A stretch of DNA of 52,484 nt, taken from positions 1-52,484 of the forward strand of contig JYFJ02002694.1 of NCBI GenBank assembly GCA_000934665.2. Direction: 5' to 3'. Position numbers and translations under genes: made by a program. The notes under the pieces were generated by a model. It was given only the letters and a program-made list of their open reading frames with translations, ran no database searches and was not told the origin of the DNA. Origin of the DNA: Catajapyx aquilonaris (Eukaryota). Below, piece by piece: positions 12,501 to 27,500 of the stretch (position 1 is the stretch's first letter; every line of letters starts with the position of its first letter).

Positions 12501-15500
12501 TAAACCGACCCCCCCCCCCCTCCCCTTTAAGAAATGTCGCGCGTAATTGCCACGCACAAAACCAAGACCCACAAACACGTCTGTGGAGACGACACCGAAG
12601 CCTCCCAGCAAGATCATCGTTTTGTTTACACGACTATTTCTGGAGCATGCTGACGTAATAACTGTAACTAATATTTCCAGCTCGTAGCTTTTCCATCCCT
12701 ATTGTTTTCATTATCGGCGTCTGGGGAATTATTCCATGTTACCAACAGCTACTGCATGATCAATAATTTCTAATGAGAGTTGACTAACGATAATGACTGG
12801 AAAGGTGTGAGGTAAGCTATAATTAGCAGCTTGCGTTTTCTCCTCCAGTCCCAGAATACTGTGTGTTATATCTAATAAGTACAAGAGCATCCTTGTGTAC
12901 GTTTTAAGCGTCAATACATCTGCCAACCTTAAAATAGACGCCGCCACGCCGGGCCTTGCATTTCAGAGAGCATGGTACGTCATTGCAAGAGTCTGTAGCC
13001 ATAAGATTTTTAGCGAACTGCTTTTATTATCAATATGGTAAGGGTGTAAATTGGCACGATGTTTCGGCACAAATTATTCATGTTATTCCAAGTATAATCA
13101 TATTATGTGCATGGTCCTGGTAGAGCCTGCAGTAAACACTTGCATGACATTTGCATGATATTTGCATGGCATTTCCGGGATACTCTTTTTGTACGCTGAT
13201 GCTCTATTACACAGATTGCTATCAGGTAATTGGTGGCCTGCAGAGAATGCATTCGTATTCATTTGTAATAACCATAACTTTCATGGTGCCCTTAAAACGC
13301 CACCGTATTTTTTTTCATTCTTGATCTTTATCGGGATCCTTTGCTTGAAACGATAAATTGGCCTGAGGAGCTATCCATTGATGTTACTTCAAGTCCCTGT
13401 TACTCCGAGGTGATGTTTTATTGACTGCAACCATTTTGGAAGAATTGCTACAGCCGCTTCTAACTCAAGAAATTCAATTCTTATGACGCCATCCATTTTA
13501 GATGGATTCAACTGCAGGCGACGAACTGCATAATCAAATACCCTTGTGGTATGTTACACAACTAATTTAATTAAGTAGACGAGACCCACTTGATTGTTGG
13601 AAGTGTCAAAGTGGCGTGTAGAGCACACATCGCCATTGCAACAAAATTATACTGCCCTCTTTATTAGTTTTTGGCTTGCAGTTTTGTGCATGATAATATG
13701 CAAGGTTGGGTTCTTTCATAAAATTAATTAGGGCCCAAGTTTATTAAAGGAAAACAGACCCCTTCCCCAATCAGGACATCTGGCTTCATCCAATATAGGA
13801 AGTGAGAGCATATTTTCCTGACTATATGATTGTGTATTGTTCTAGTGCCGAATGCAATCGTTCTAATTGCGAGTGCTCGCACCTGCTTTATTGCACACTT
13901 ATGAAGGCAAACCAATAAATCATTTTTCCGCTTCGACAACCCTTTGTCCTCTAGATGAATGTTTGAAATCGCATGAAAACAATTTCGCAAATATTTATTA
14001 GCTGGCACTGTATATAGCCCCCCATACAGGAAATGTCCGCAAGATTTGCTAATTTCTGATTATGACATTTCGGCTCTATTACTAAGAAGTGACCAAACTC
14101 ACCAATGGTGAGTGTGTTGAAGACGGTTCCGATCACGGCGAAGAGCAGGATGGTGCCCAGGTGGTCGAAGAAGAGGCGGTTGGGCATGAAGTATCCCGCG
14201 TCCAGGATGATGGGCGGCAACATGTAGAGGAAGAAGGTGGGAGGGGTCAGGGTGGACACCTTGACCGAGCTCGTGTGGAAAAGTAGTAGGCCGATCACCA
14301 CGCCGACCGCGATCAGCAGGCACGATTCGGGAAAGATGTGGCTCAGTCGTGGAGCCAAATGGAAACCTGAAACACAAACACAAAACATTAATTAGCACCT
14401 TGTAAATTAAAGATGATTTAAACCGCAATCACTCAAAGAAGCCAGTGGCTATTAAACATTCAAATCGGAGCACTGCGGTTCATTTTACTGCCATTCTCGA
14501 CGGTATTATGAATATCACAGGATACTGCCTCAAGAGATGGTGCTCGACAAACAGTAATATTCCCGAGACGTCTATCAACCTGTTCCATTAATTAAAGCTA
14601 CGGAGATCCTCCTAATGAAGCTTCCAAGAGCCCTTCAAAAGCCTCGCATGTATCGCTTTAAATTGACTGAAAATCTCGAGAGATAGACAATAAAACTATT
14701 CAACCGCAAGATTATGTAGGCCTTGACCTTTTATCTACCGGAAATCAAATTCTATAGGATATCGATTTCTAAGATGCTGAATTTTTATTTCTTTTGTAGA
14801 CCACATCCCATGTGAAAACAGGGTTTTTGTTGGTCCTGAGAATCGATCGCTGGGAAAAGTGTCAGCCACCTCCCTTGCATAGGTATATGAAGCTCTGCCT
14901 AGAAAATAACGATCCACCGAATCGCACACGAAAACACTACACATGCACACTGGATGTGACCTTTAAAAGCCCTTAGATGATGATGGATCCGCTCACATTT
15001 GCCTGTTAGTCATGGAAGATTAGGCTAATGGGGAAGGATGTCAATGACACTGTTTTTTTTCCCCCATCCAAATTGTGGATGATTAACCTTTAGTTTAAAA
15101 AAATAGGAAGCACGCAAATCCGATTTTTGTGCAAAAACTGGACACGTTTTATCAATTCCACAGGTAAGTTTCATGGCTGTTTCAATTCAGGAGGTTGAGT
15201 CACCCACATGCTTTGGGAGGAGATTTCACGGAGAAATTGACATTTTATGTCCGCCTTGAACTCCCAGCAAGCAGGTCAGAACTAATCCGGCTTCGTGTCG
15301 ACTTTTATCGTGCTAGACAGTGAAATACAGGAAATCAATCTAACTCATCAGTCACTCCATATTCTCAACTCGCTTTATCTTTCTTTGAAAAAATATTGGC
15401 CGTACTTGCACAGTCCAGCAATGATTAACAACATGTGATATATACGTATGAAGCCCCAAGAAAAAAATTCATTCACACATTCGTGTGAATCTCACACTCT

Positions 15501-18500
15501 TTTTTCCCGTACCTTCCATACTGCTTGGGCGAGCACGTAATTTATTTCATTTACACGCTCAGTTTGTCGTAAAATCCTCTCGATTTTTGCTGATATGAGG
15601 CCCCCTATATTAGCAAAAATGTTTATAGGTATAAAAATTGATCATGTCCACAGTATTAAGCAGGGTAATTTACATGAATTTTATGGCCGAATTGCCACTT
15701 GCTTGCGAGTAATGACGTGCATGAACGGGTAGTTCACACAAGTTTTATTACGAAATGATCAAGTTGCTGGCAGAACGTGAGAATATCTTTTCCGATGTTT
15801 CAGTGCTGCGACTTTTTAAGACGCAATTGGGTACAAGACGCATTGCGGTACATTTGGCCAGTATTTAAAATTCTTGTGCCAACTTCTATAATTTTTTTTC
15901 CGGTGCATAGCATCGCACATGCCAAGCGACCATGACCTGACTCACTCTGACGTAACACACTTTCCCTCTTTCTTGCACCTTCACCGTTTTTCTTTTCGCA
16001 ATTAAGCCTTATCCCGAGGCTTTTATGGCTGGAGTAAAACGTGTGAATTGGAATCTGTATAGGATTGTATCGGCGTACCAGGTTGACCGGTCAAAGCGGG
16101 TTGAGGGCACGTGGTCAGGTATATAAAGGGGGGAAAAACTGGAGGCTGTATACTTGTCAGGAACATTGTTTGAAAAGGTGAAAAGCAGGTGAGGACGAAA
16201 CCCGCCGAGCAAAACGGGGTTAACCCACAGGGACGAACCGAACCCCGTTGCAGTTAAAGAACCGCAACTGAGCTTGGAAATACAATAGGACGAAATGTAT
16301 ACAACCGGCTTTTTCGCTAAGGGACTTGTTCCGGGAGTTGCCGCGAAGGAAATATCGAATACTCCTAGATTGCCATGGGGACTATGGTGTTACACTGTAG
16401 TACCCTTGAAGTGATGGGAATATTTCGTAGAATAATAAAGTATCATTGTCCAGCATTTTGCCAATAATCCGGACTGTCACAGGTTCCAACACCATGCAAA
16501 TTTTAGCACTCGTTCAATCAGTTCTGGCAGGACGTTTGCAGATTTATATTCTGTTCAAATCATGCACTGACGGGGTTTTTTCGAGGATATGACAAGTTCT
16601 CTCCAACTGTCAACATGTTACCAGCAATTCGACAGAGTGCCTAGGCGTTCTACAACAAAATTACACCACGACTACAATCTTGAACCACTTGTACAGGAGC
16701 CTCCTTCAATAATTATCATCGGTTTATTGGTCCCCCCCCCCCCTCTGCTTTTATCGGGACATGCACCGAGTTCCTCCTCGTCAATTTGACCCCAGCTGTG
16801 CTTCAGCAACCCCTAGCTTTTAGGAAATGCAATTATCGCCATGCCTTCCCCCGCCGCGAGATTCTTATCCGCAAAATTGTGAGCGCAGCTTGGGGGCACC
16901 ATCAGCAAGCCTCAAATTCGTCGCCTCCTTCTTACATATACTATACGATGCTATGATCCCCGCCGCGGGAATCGATCTGTCGTCGACAATGGAACCGAAT
17001 TGCAGCTCCTGATGAAACTGGAGTTTCCTCATTTCCCATCCCTAACAAGGGAAACAAATTGCCAGTCGACCTCCTCTCTCATTGGCCCGATCCACCTAAC
17101 TAATGATTGACCAGGTTGACCTTTCACCTATATATTCGCTGCATTGGGGACTCTTCATAGAGCCAGCAGCCAAATAGAGCCTATTATTATGCCATTCAAG
17201 GTTACCAAATGGTGGTGAATTGTCCAAATATGTACTGTTTTCCATGGTGATATGTAATCAAATGATCTATTTGTCCTTATGCATTGCTAACACTATTACT
17301 ATAGAAGGATGAAAACTTGGCAACTTGCAAAACTACTGATAGTTCGATCCGCCAGTTAGATCGATACATATCAAAACGAGACACCTAAATTCACATGCAT
17401 CATGTGCAAAACTCCAGCAGGAAGTGTCGACAAATCTCAGCTAATCAGCAAAAAAAATAATTAACCAATTGAAGTGTGACTTATGCAAACATGTTAGTTT
17501 TTTCCTCCACGTGATGAGGAAATGCAACTAGCCCAATAAAATGACACACAAAAAAAAGTTTTTGTTCCAAGTAAAAGCTCTCAAGTGACGCACAGTGATT
17601 GAAAAAGAAATCTTGCGGGATTTTCCGGGATGGACCGGTTGCACATAGTTGCGCCGGGTAATGGTATATAACTGTTTGAAGGACAAAAGGAAATATCAGC
17701 AGCTTCCCTTTCTTGTTTCTTTGTACAAGAGACAGTGGTGGGCGGGTGGACCTGACAACTTCAAAAAGTGACTCGATGTTTCTAGATGGAGGGATATGAT
17801 CACTAATTGCACTCCGAAGCATCATACTGCTCAAGGTCCGTTTACAGCGAAAGTTGCGAGATTCTCAGGCCTCGCGTTTTCGCAGAACTGACGGGTGCAA
17901 TTAGGGAATATAGTAAAAGCTGATCGTTATTTCGCTACGACGGACACGCTACATGTCGATTTTTAAGCCATTATGACATCATTGTCATTATTAAACCAAG
18001 TGATGCATTTTTTTTTTTTTTTTTAGAAAATTTGATTTTCCTCGCACATATCAAGTTACCTCGAAGGAACTGTGCCAACGCTATTCAAACAAAGTTAACT
18101 TCGAATTGAATAACTTTACAAACTTTCCATCATATCCAGCCCCCCGAGGACACCTCCTATCCTACCAGTTTGAAAGCCCCCATTGATCACAACAAAATGC
18201 CGAAAACAATCCCGAAATATCCGGCGGCCAAAAATCAATTCGTGCCTGTCCGGTCTGAGCGCCATCATTTGCTTGCTGCTTTTGTGAGTAATGTGCCGGA
18301 GGAGAAGTATCGAACCGCTCGACCATACAATCCCCCCCTCAAACTATATACACTTTTTTGCACCCACGGTAGTTTTCAACAGACTGAAACGGACCAATGA
18401 GTGAATCAGGCCATGGGAAACTGCACCTCGAGCGGCAGCAGCGAAGTTTTCCTCAAACATTTGCTCGGGTTGTTCATTTTCATTCATGGTCGTTCTGGGA

Positions 18501-21500
18501 ACACTCGTCCATCATGATGATGGTACGGGGGCGTGTGTACAGGGTGGTATCAAGCAGGTTCCAGCAGATTTGGGCAGTACAGTATGTTCCAAATAGGTCG
18601 GATTTTCTCCCGAGTCGTGTGGTGGCCAGCATCCCTGGAAATCGGATCACGAGTGACCTAATTGCGCCTATCACGACCACTCACCTTTACATCACGTTTC
18701 TTGCCCATCTTCATATCCCTGTGGGCATATATTGGTATAACCCGCTTATGCAAGTACTATCGAAGCACCGCAAATCTTCCACTCTTGCCATGCCAAATTG
18801 CCACACAAGATAAGACTCTCAAATCGATATCCACCACAGGTACGCAGTACAGTGTATCCTGCCTCTTTTGTAGTTTATTTCAGAGCGGAACAAGATGGGC
18901 GGAGATAAAAGGATGATATTGTGTGCCCCGCCCTGGAAAGCTGGATAAAGCATAAACATGTTTGTTGAGTCGACGCCCCGAGCGCACTGGCACATGCAGA
19001 AAATAAAGCTGTTCCCTCCATGCAGTACATGGAAAACTCCTATGTCTATAAGATCAAAAGGAACGTCGAAGGAACAGTCGAGAGAGGACAAAAGAGATGC
19101 TCCTAATGTTATTGTTGCATGGCAAGAATGGAAGGTTTCTTGGAACGTTCTCTGCATGGATATTCGGCTCCAGTACGAAACATAGATTTCTCCAGGGGGG
19201 CATGAACACACCAAAAGATAGCTTACTGCGAAATTTACACACCAAAATTTTAAGAACTTTTTTTTCGTGAAAAGTGGGTTACCTGGTGACCTTTTCCGTG
19301 AAACGAGCCTGGCTCGCTTTGTGATCAAATATTGCCAGTTAAAAGCCCCCAATTATTGGCAGATGTACTGTAATCCTGTACATTTCCGGAACCACATAAT
19401 CTAATTTACGAGTTGAAATATGGACATGCAACCAGGAATATATGATACCGGACCACTACTGACAGCTCTGTCAAGCTTGAACACTGTAATTCACCCTTCG
19501 GCCCCGTTTTCACTGTAATTCTGCAATGCCAAAGCTACAATATTTTCCGTCCGATAGCGGATGACACCTTCTGCTATTTACAAGGCCAGCTAAGTACAAA
19601 GTAATGTAAAGAGAAAAGAAAGTGCCACGCCAAATGGTGCTATTTTGTCATGCCCATATTGTTGACTATAAAAAATATTTTCTCGCGGAACCTTAGTACG
19701 TCAAGACATCCCTTTCTACGTACCATATGACCTTCCTATAAAAACTTCAATACTCTGCTTGAAACCGAACGAAACAAGGTTCCTATACAGTGGCACGCTT
19801 TTGATGTCACGAGATTTTAAATAATACTCTCCCCAAACAGCTTAGAACCTCCCCGTAACGACCCGACTTCCAAAGTAGTTTTGGGCCCACCTGCGACGCA
19901 ATTCTTCAGCGGTGTCCGTAAGGCGATTACGCCCAAGCAGATCACGTGCCTGCGACCAAAATTTCCGCTCCGTCTCCTGAATTTGTGAAGAAGACATTTC
20001 CCCATAGATTTTGTTGCGCTTCATGGAATTTTAACATTTTACAACAAAATTGCTAAAAAAAAGCACTTGTGTTTTTAAGGCTTAACTTCGCCAGCCCTTG
20101 AAAAATGAGTCAGTATCTCTAGAGAGATATGAATTTTGAACTCCACCTTGCTTTCAAGGCTCTATGTTCATTCAACTTCCTTCTCCACACGTGTGTATCC
20201 TCTTTTCGTGGGCATCAGGTCAATTCACATATGCAGCATCCAGTCTCGTGTGTATGTAGTCAATTATTTAGGTGGGAGAGACTTGCATGATGGAATGAGC
20301 CAGTTACGTCATCTGATATGCATGATGTGATTCGAAATTTATCAGTGTAGCGGACTTGATCGAATAGAGCGAAACTTCAATGAGTTTATTTTGAGCGGGT
20401 TACTGAAGCGTAATGACTCGTGTTACATGAACTGGAAAGTTTTAGTCAGGTGATGTCGCGTATAACTGTATGGATGGCACGTCTTTTTCGTTAATTAGCG
20501 TCAAGTTAATATTACATCAGCGCGTGAATGGCATCAGAAATTATAATTAATTTACAGAAAATGGAACTTTTTGACATTTGCATAAAAGTATGCAGTGTGA
20601 AATTTATTTATTTATTTTCAGAGTTCCACATTTTCTTCAGAGCCAGACTCACATTAGGAAATGCCAGGCAGCTGAAACCGCCTCGTCAAAAAAAAGCTCT
20701 CTGGCTGACATCCATTTGTCTGCAAAAAGTTAAGCCTATCTGAATATATGGGATCAGGAAAAAGTGGCAATCCGGAAGAGGGCATAAAACTTTTTGCACC
20801 ATTTTCCCCCCCGCACTTTTGACTGTGATTGATGTGCCAATCTAGGCTCAACGCGATTCACTCCCATCATGTAAAGGAACGAAGCAGCAGTCCCATCCTA
20901 CATTTTCGCACGGTATCTCTTCAGAAAGAGATATATATTCGTGCTTACATAATTCGAGTTGCGACTAAAGCTTCCAAAGGGCAAGTAAGGCGGAGGATAT
21001 CGACATTTTCTACGAAAGGATGTCGAGGTTTACCCCCCCCCCCCCCCAAAACTTTTCCTCTCGTCGAACATTTGCACGGAAATCCCCAGACTATAGCCCA
21101 AGTCTGCGTACTTCGCATTCGCAAACAATCCAAAAATCGTTACAAGATACTTGCGAAGAAAGTATAGAAAATGCTAATTTTTTCAGTTCAGTAAGAAAAC
21201 AGCCTTGCAAACGCAGCTCAAGAGTATTTTTACTACCAGCCTTTCTCGCAACCACCATTATAATCGCAGATCTAATTACGCTCCGTAAAGCATGAGGGAA
21301 ACGCCTTGAATTTTATAAATAATATACAATTCTCCTGGGTAACTTTTCCGCAGTTTCCACAATAATTTGCGATGCTTATTAAGAATTTACTGCAGCCTCT
21401 AAATCATTCACTGACTTTTGCACCACACCGGAAATTTAGAAATACACACTTCTACATCCTCCTGTAATTATTTGCTGCAATGTCACATCTTCAGCAGCGA

Positions 21501-24500
21501 CAACCCGCATCCTGATTTACACACAGTTAGTGAGACTAATCGTAAGCTTTAGTACTCATCGACATTCATTGTCAAGACACAAGCACTTCCCGTTAGCTGC
21601 CCGAGGCGGTGTTGCTTTGCCTGTATAAAGCAATCATTATAACCCAAGTACCGTGTAATATTTATCAGGCCATTTTTATGGTGTCAGACACAGGCGGAGA
21701 TTGGAGGATCCGGCTTAACCAAATGTGTGATCGAACGATTTCATACTAAATGACAGGAGATAAAGAGGAAATATGACCGAACAATGCAGAGAGCTTTCCG
21801 TGTCATTCGGTCCATCTCGGTTGATTCAGGAGTCTGCAAGTGTCTTCAGGAGCAAATGGGAATCGAAGGAAGCGCTCAAGGAATTCTCGTTTAAAGCATC
21901 GCTGTCATGCCTCCAAATTACCCAATTCCCAGCATGGCTCCATCCCACACCTAATTGCATGATCCCTTCTCCTTAGGCTGACCAACCGATCTGACCTCGA
22001 CCATTCTCTGCGTCACATCTCATGTTAATAATAATAATGTTCAAAACGCGCTATGCATTAAAATTGCAATTTTTAATAAAATGCAATTTTTGCTATCATT
22101 AAAAATAAATCGCTCGTTTCCCACTTATGTTCGTTAACTTGAATAGTAAAACACAAGAAAGGACCTCCGGAACCAATGAGAGTCAATTCGGTCGAATAAT
22201 TGGACAAACGTCTGACCTCTGTGGGAGTCCGATTCGCGTGCCCGACCAGCCAAAAATCCTTCGGAATCCTGTAAAACGGAGCAGAGAAAAAGGCTCTTGA
22301 TGTGACCCTGACACCGTTAAAATGCTGCTCTAAGGATGAGATACCACAGCAACCTTCGTGTAGAGTTGTCTCCTGAAAACTTTGAGACAACTTGCCCTTC
22401 ATGCTTTCAGTCTGCCCTTCTAACCAATTGTCCCTTTTTTATATTATTTTTCTTTCTGCATTATTCCCACGTTCAATTAACAATTTCCTTTCCGTACACC
22501 TACTCGCCAAAACAAATTGCATTGATACAATTACCTTGGAAGCGGTTTAATTGCAGGTTCAGAGAGTGTATGACACAATTTTCTGGGAGATAGTGGAGAA
22601 TGGTCTCATTCTCTGAAAGGGTCAATACCTGCGAGATTGTGACTGGACTTTTTTTTTAAAAGGGGGCTGTGGTAGAGAGGGTGGATTCTATATAGCTGAT
22701 ATCGATTCTCTACATTTATTTTTAACGTGTAAGAAGGTTATACGGCGCATTACTCTTCAAAAAGTGTGGATATCTATAGAGTATACGTTATGCGTTTTTT
22801 TTTGTCCGAGCTTTTTCCGTTGCTTTTTTCTTCAAAGAATGTTGCCTCAACTTATATTAATCTTTGAAGAGTTTCTTTTTAAAGAAGGAGTTTGAAAGGG
22901 AGCTGTACAGTACTTGTGGATGTTATTGACAGCAACTTGTAAGTTTTTATAACCACTTGAGGGTAGCCTTGGTCAGTGCCGACAGAGCCGATAAATTCTA
23001 TATCATAGAAGTTGATAGCGGCCAAAGTGGAACAAGTAAACGATGTGGTTATTAGTTATTTAGTCGAACCTTGTAATCAATCACAAGTATGTCCTGAACA
23101 GCTTTTATTATTCCGGTTAATTTAACAGTTTTCAACAATGCCTGCGTGATTTAATTAATTAATCTGGGTGTCAGAAACATTCTTCCATGTGTGATCAATA
23201 CATGGTGTTGAAATGCCAGCTACTGTTATACAATTTTTGGCGCTAAACCGGTTATTTTCAGCAGCTATTTTTGTACAGTTGGGTATGACACATATCAACT
23301 GCTAATATCAGGTGGAGTTGAACAATCTATCCGTGCGCTGAATTGCTATGAATTTCTGGTCGAGAATGACCCATTGTAACAACTGGCAAGGAATGTGAAT
23401 GATAGGATCCATTTTTGAAGGTCAGATTCCCTCTGCATGCTTTTTAAAAACCAATCTGGAACCACTTATAAGCTAATATTTTGATAACCACTAAAAGTAT
23501 GCAAAAGTAACTGCTTACACAACCCATTACATAATGTGACTAATTATACGTCCACTGATGAAAACATTTTAAACTATCGCCCCACGCTTTTTACAAAGTG
23601 TCTTAGCTAACACCACTTATCCCGCCTTTTTCATGCCTTATTCCATGAGAAAAAATATGGTCCAGACCCAGTAATGCTAATTACCCTTTTGCGAAATTTG
23701 GTCCTCTCTCGATGAAAATGCCCTTGTGCGACCAAGTTGCGACATTGCGGGCTTCCAAACTTGGAGGTCAAGAGAGTGAAAGTCAGAGTGGGAGGAACCA
23801 TTGGGAATAGCCACTGATACGAAGGACAGGATGTAATGATGCTGGACAAATTTGCACACAAAAGTTGGCAGTCATGCCAATCTTGTGTGATATAATGTAT
23901 GCCAACCCTTGACTACCACGCAACAATAACTTATGCGAAGTGATGATATACTCTCGTGACAAGGATGCATATTCTATCCCTATAATTTATTCAGAAAAGA
24001 AGAGAGGTACAAAATATCAGCTCGCAAAATTTTTATTCAGGTCACCATTGGATTGAGCAATGTGATCTATTTTGCTACCCATTTTTTGACCAATTATTAG
24101 TCAGCCATCGCATGCTTAACTTACGTGTATCTGAAACTTTGAATATCATTTTTTTTTATAGCTTGCTGGCTATTTCTTATCACGTCATCCCCCTCGTTTC
24201 AGGGACCGCCTCAATTCAGTCATCGGACCCAAATGTAGGTAACTCGATTTTGGGCCGAAAATCGAGTTACCTACTTCACAGAGGGTGTCACTAATGCCGC
24301 TTCGTCTAAAGTAGGGTAGCCTCTTTTTGCGATCCTCTCTGAAGAATTGTATTCAAAAAAGAAGCCAGCAGTGCAGTGCATGTTCCAGCAGCTTACTCGC
24401 AATTTAAGTAAAAATAATCTACGCAATCACTCATTGTGTTAGTGCTAGCTACATTGCGAAACTATCTATTTTTATCTGAAGGAGATAGTATTGAATTCAC

Positions 24501-27500
24501 ACTGTTGTTTACTAAAATAATGATAATAAATGAAATATTATCACATCCCACTTTAGGATGTGTGTTCACTGTTCAGCAACGCCTATTCTGCTCACATTGG
24601 ACCTTATCGCTCTTTGCTTGCAATAGCTGCGTCGCCAAACTACAGCTTCACACACACGCAGATGGTTCAACAATTACATAATTTTTGAATGCATCGCAAC
24701 AATCCATATTCGGAGTCTGGCGTTGCAACTCCAATCATCCGCGAATTTCAAAATGCACAGGCATGCATACAGTTCTGCACTGAAAATTGTTTTCCTCTGA
24801 CGCAACCCGGTTAGGTAAACATTACAGGTGCAATGGAATCAATGGCGAGCGACAGTGAGGGACTAAAATTGGATTTTATGGGTGGTAGAAGGGAGGGGGT
24901 GGAAGGGTGCGAGGTGAGATTGGCTATATTCCATCGAATCCCAAGGAGGTCTCGCCTTGACCCCGATGACGTGGTTTTGTGGAGACCACCAAGAGCCCCC
25001 GCATAATAGCCGCTCACCTGAGTCCCACAATCAGAGCAGGTGTTATCCACCTTCCCGATTTAATTCTGATAAATTTTGATGAGGTCGGAATAATTAGCAA
25101 TTTTGTACTGAGCAACATTTATGACTATGGTTACAAAATGCAACTGATTTACAACTCCCGAGTAATAATAATTATCGATGTGCAACTTACACGTGTGGTA
25201 ATATCCTCATTCACATTAAGGCAACCCTGCTGAGAAGTTATTGACTTTGATCACTCTCAGCGTCGGTACTTTCACTAATTATAATTTACACGTGGTGGAA
25301 ATGATCATTTTTTGAAGCCGAGTCTTAAGGTGAACAATGGGACCTTGTAGGGATTAGGCCGTTGGAATTGGTCCAGCTCGGAAACATTCAAAATGAGGTC
25401 TTTCATGGAAGAGACCCTGGTGTTATGGCGACATTGGCGACACGGTTACCTTCTTTCTTTATGACGGAGGTTTTTTCCCCCTGCTTAGATTTCTACGCCT
25501 GTTTAGGGGGCTATTGACACAGTATTCGAGCCAACCATGCTATTAATAAACACCTTGACACATTAAGAAATTGGCAAATAATAAAGTAACGGTGATTCAT
25601 GAATAGGTTCGGGGCGTGTCAGCATATTGGCCTATATGTCGATAGATAACAAGAAAATGACTACAAGCATATGGTGCCAGGATATTATCTCACGGTATTA
25701 TTGCAACAATATCCTGGCAATGTTCGTCTCATTATAGTCAACTAACCTTTCTTTCAAAAGCTTCAATTTACCATACATACCCTTGATAGCAAAAATAATG
25801 TCAGATTCTCCTAACCCTGCGATGCACTTTCCCATAGTTAATATATAGCAGATGGCCTCATTAAAATCGCGATAAATTATAAATGCCATTCATAATTCGT
25901 AAATGCGTGCATGGGATTTCCGACTAATCCATACAGTGCCTGTAATTAGGCGGGCTATGTAAGCGGAATATCTGTTAGCATTTTTGAATTATCAGTACTG
26001 CAGGTACGTGTTTAGAATTGATGCAAGTATCAAGCACCATAAACCTGCCTTATGCATCGCCTCATGTCATACGATCAAATTTACTGGGCATACAGTATTT
26101 ACACACAACAGATGGCAAGTATGTCGTGAGTCACGGTCATCATGTTCACATAAATATTTCCGCAAGATTGTATGTCAGTTGTATTGGTTTGTCATCTACA
26201 ATCATTACCAAAGTTTGCTTCCCTTTCACTATATTGCTCCCATAAGAACCTCCCGTGACACCTGACAAGTGACAACGCGTTCCTCACTTATCACCCCCAT
26301 GAAGTCACAGACTTCACACAAGGGCTCCCGTGAATTTCTGCCCATACCCAGATATCATTGTGTCTCCCATTTTGTAGCCAACCCGATGACTAATACGTCC
26401 CCAGTCCTCAAGACCAGTTGCACCGCTAGTTAAACTCCACATTACAGCCCTGTCGCCGGACATCGGACGCCTGTCGAACATCGCCAGACCCATAATTATT
26501 CCGGTCCGTGTCCACTCCACCGACAGACTTATGTGATCCCAGATCACCAAGCCGGATAACACCCTTTATTTGTGAAGGCACGAAGATTAGAAGGGGCATT
26601 TACGAGGAGGTGCGCAGTACTGACGCAAGCCGGTCTTTATCTCCCAACAATAAGGGCAAGACCCATATTCTCATTTAGGACACGGGCTGACCACTTTTCT
26701 AACCATCTGATCATCCAGATAGAGAAGTGATGTCTGCCTATACGCAGTAGACTCGAAATAGCTCCGAGTGTGTGCCAGGAATATATGCCAAAACGGAACT
26801 GGAAGCTAAGTGATTATATATGAGCCACAAACACAAGGAAAACCTCAGCTTCCTTTTTCTCTTTGAAAAATATGTCGAGAAAGTAGGTGCCTGCTTTTCT
26901 GGGGCTTACAGAAGGCAATATTGAGTCGCGTGTGATATGCATGCTTCAGTGTCACATGAATATGCTACGTCCGGCTATTTTCGAGTTACAACTAGGCTTA
27001 TCTGCAGTTGGCAGTGCTGATGCAGAAATGCGCACGAAGCGACTGCAGTATGGGGCCGCCCGTATCATTGTTGTCGTGCACATCCCTTTTTTTTGTCGGC
27101 TGTGACTGATAGTGTTGATACATGTCAGCGTGTCATGGTATTCAGGTGTCAATAATAATGAAGAGCGGGGATATTGTTATTGGCCACAGGACAACTCCAA
27201 AAGTGCATTACAGTCTAACTAGCCTATATCCCAACCGGTTTACGATACGGTTAGTTTTATGCGCAGTATAATTGCTATAAAAATTATTATTATTATTGCA
27301 AAACACTTTCAGCGCGCCACCTGAAAGCTCCTTGTAAACTACCTCAAGTGTTAAGTGAAATAAGCGGCCTTAATGTCGCTCATTGTGGCACCTTGCACCT
27401 CTCTAAAAGCAATTGATGTCGTTATTTAAAGTGTGTGAAATTAATAGTACATGATTCTGTGATTTACATAACTGCCTCAATTTAAGGACTCGTTTGTATT

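Noticed and set aside
17009..17030. CTGATGA followed by a small stem, resembling a hammerhead ribozyme core (also near 23555 and 29329)
   Set aside because: The required GAAA after stem II and stems I/III are missing.
18170..19352. Cluster of longer ORFs (up to 177 aa) inside NHE intron 1
   Set aside because: They overlap on both strands with no domain signature or splice-supported structure, consistent with chance ORFs.
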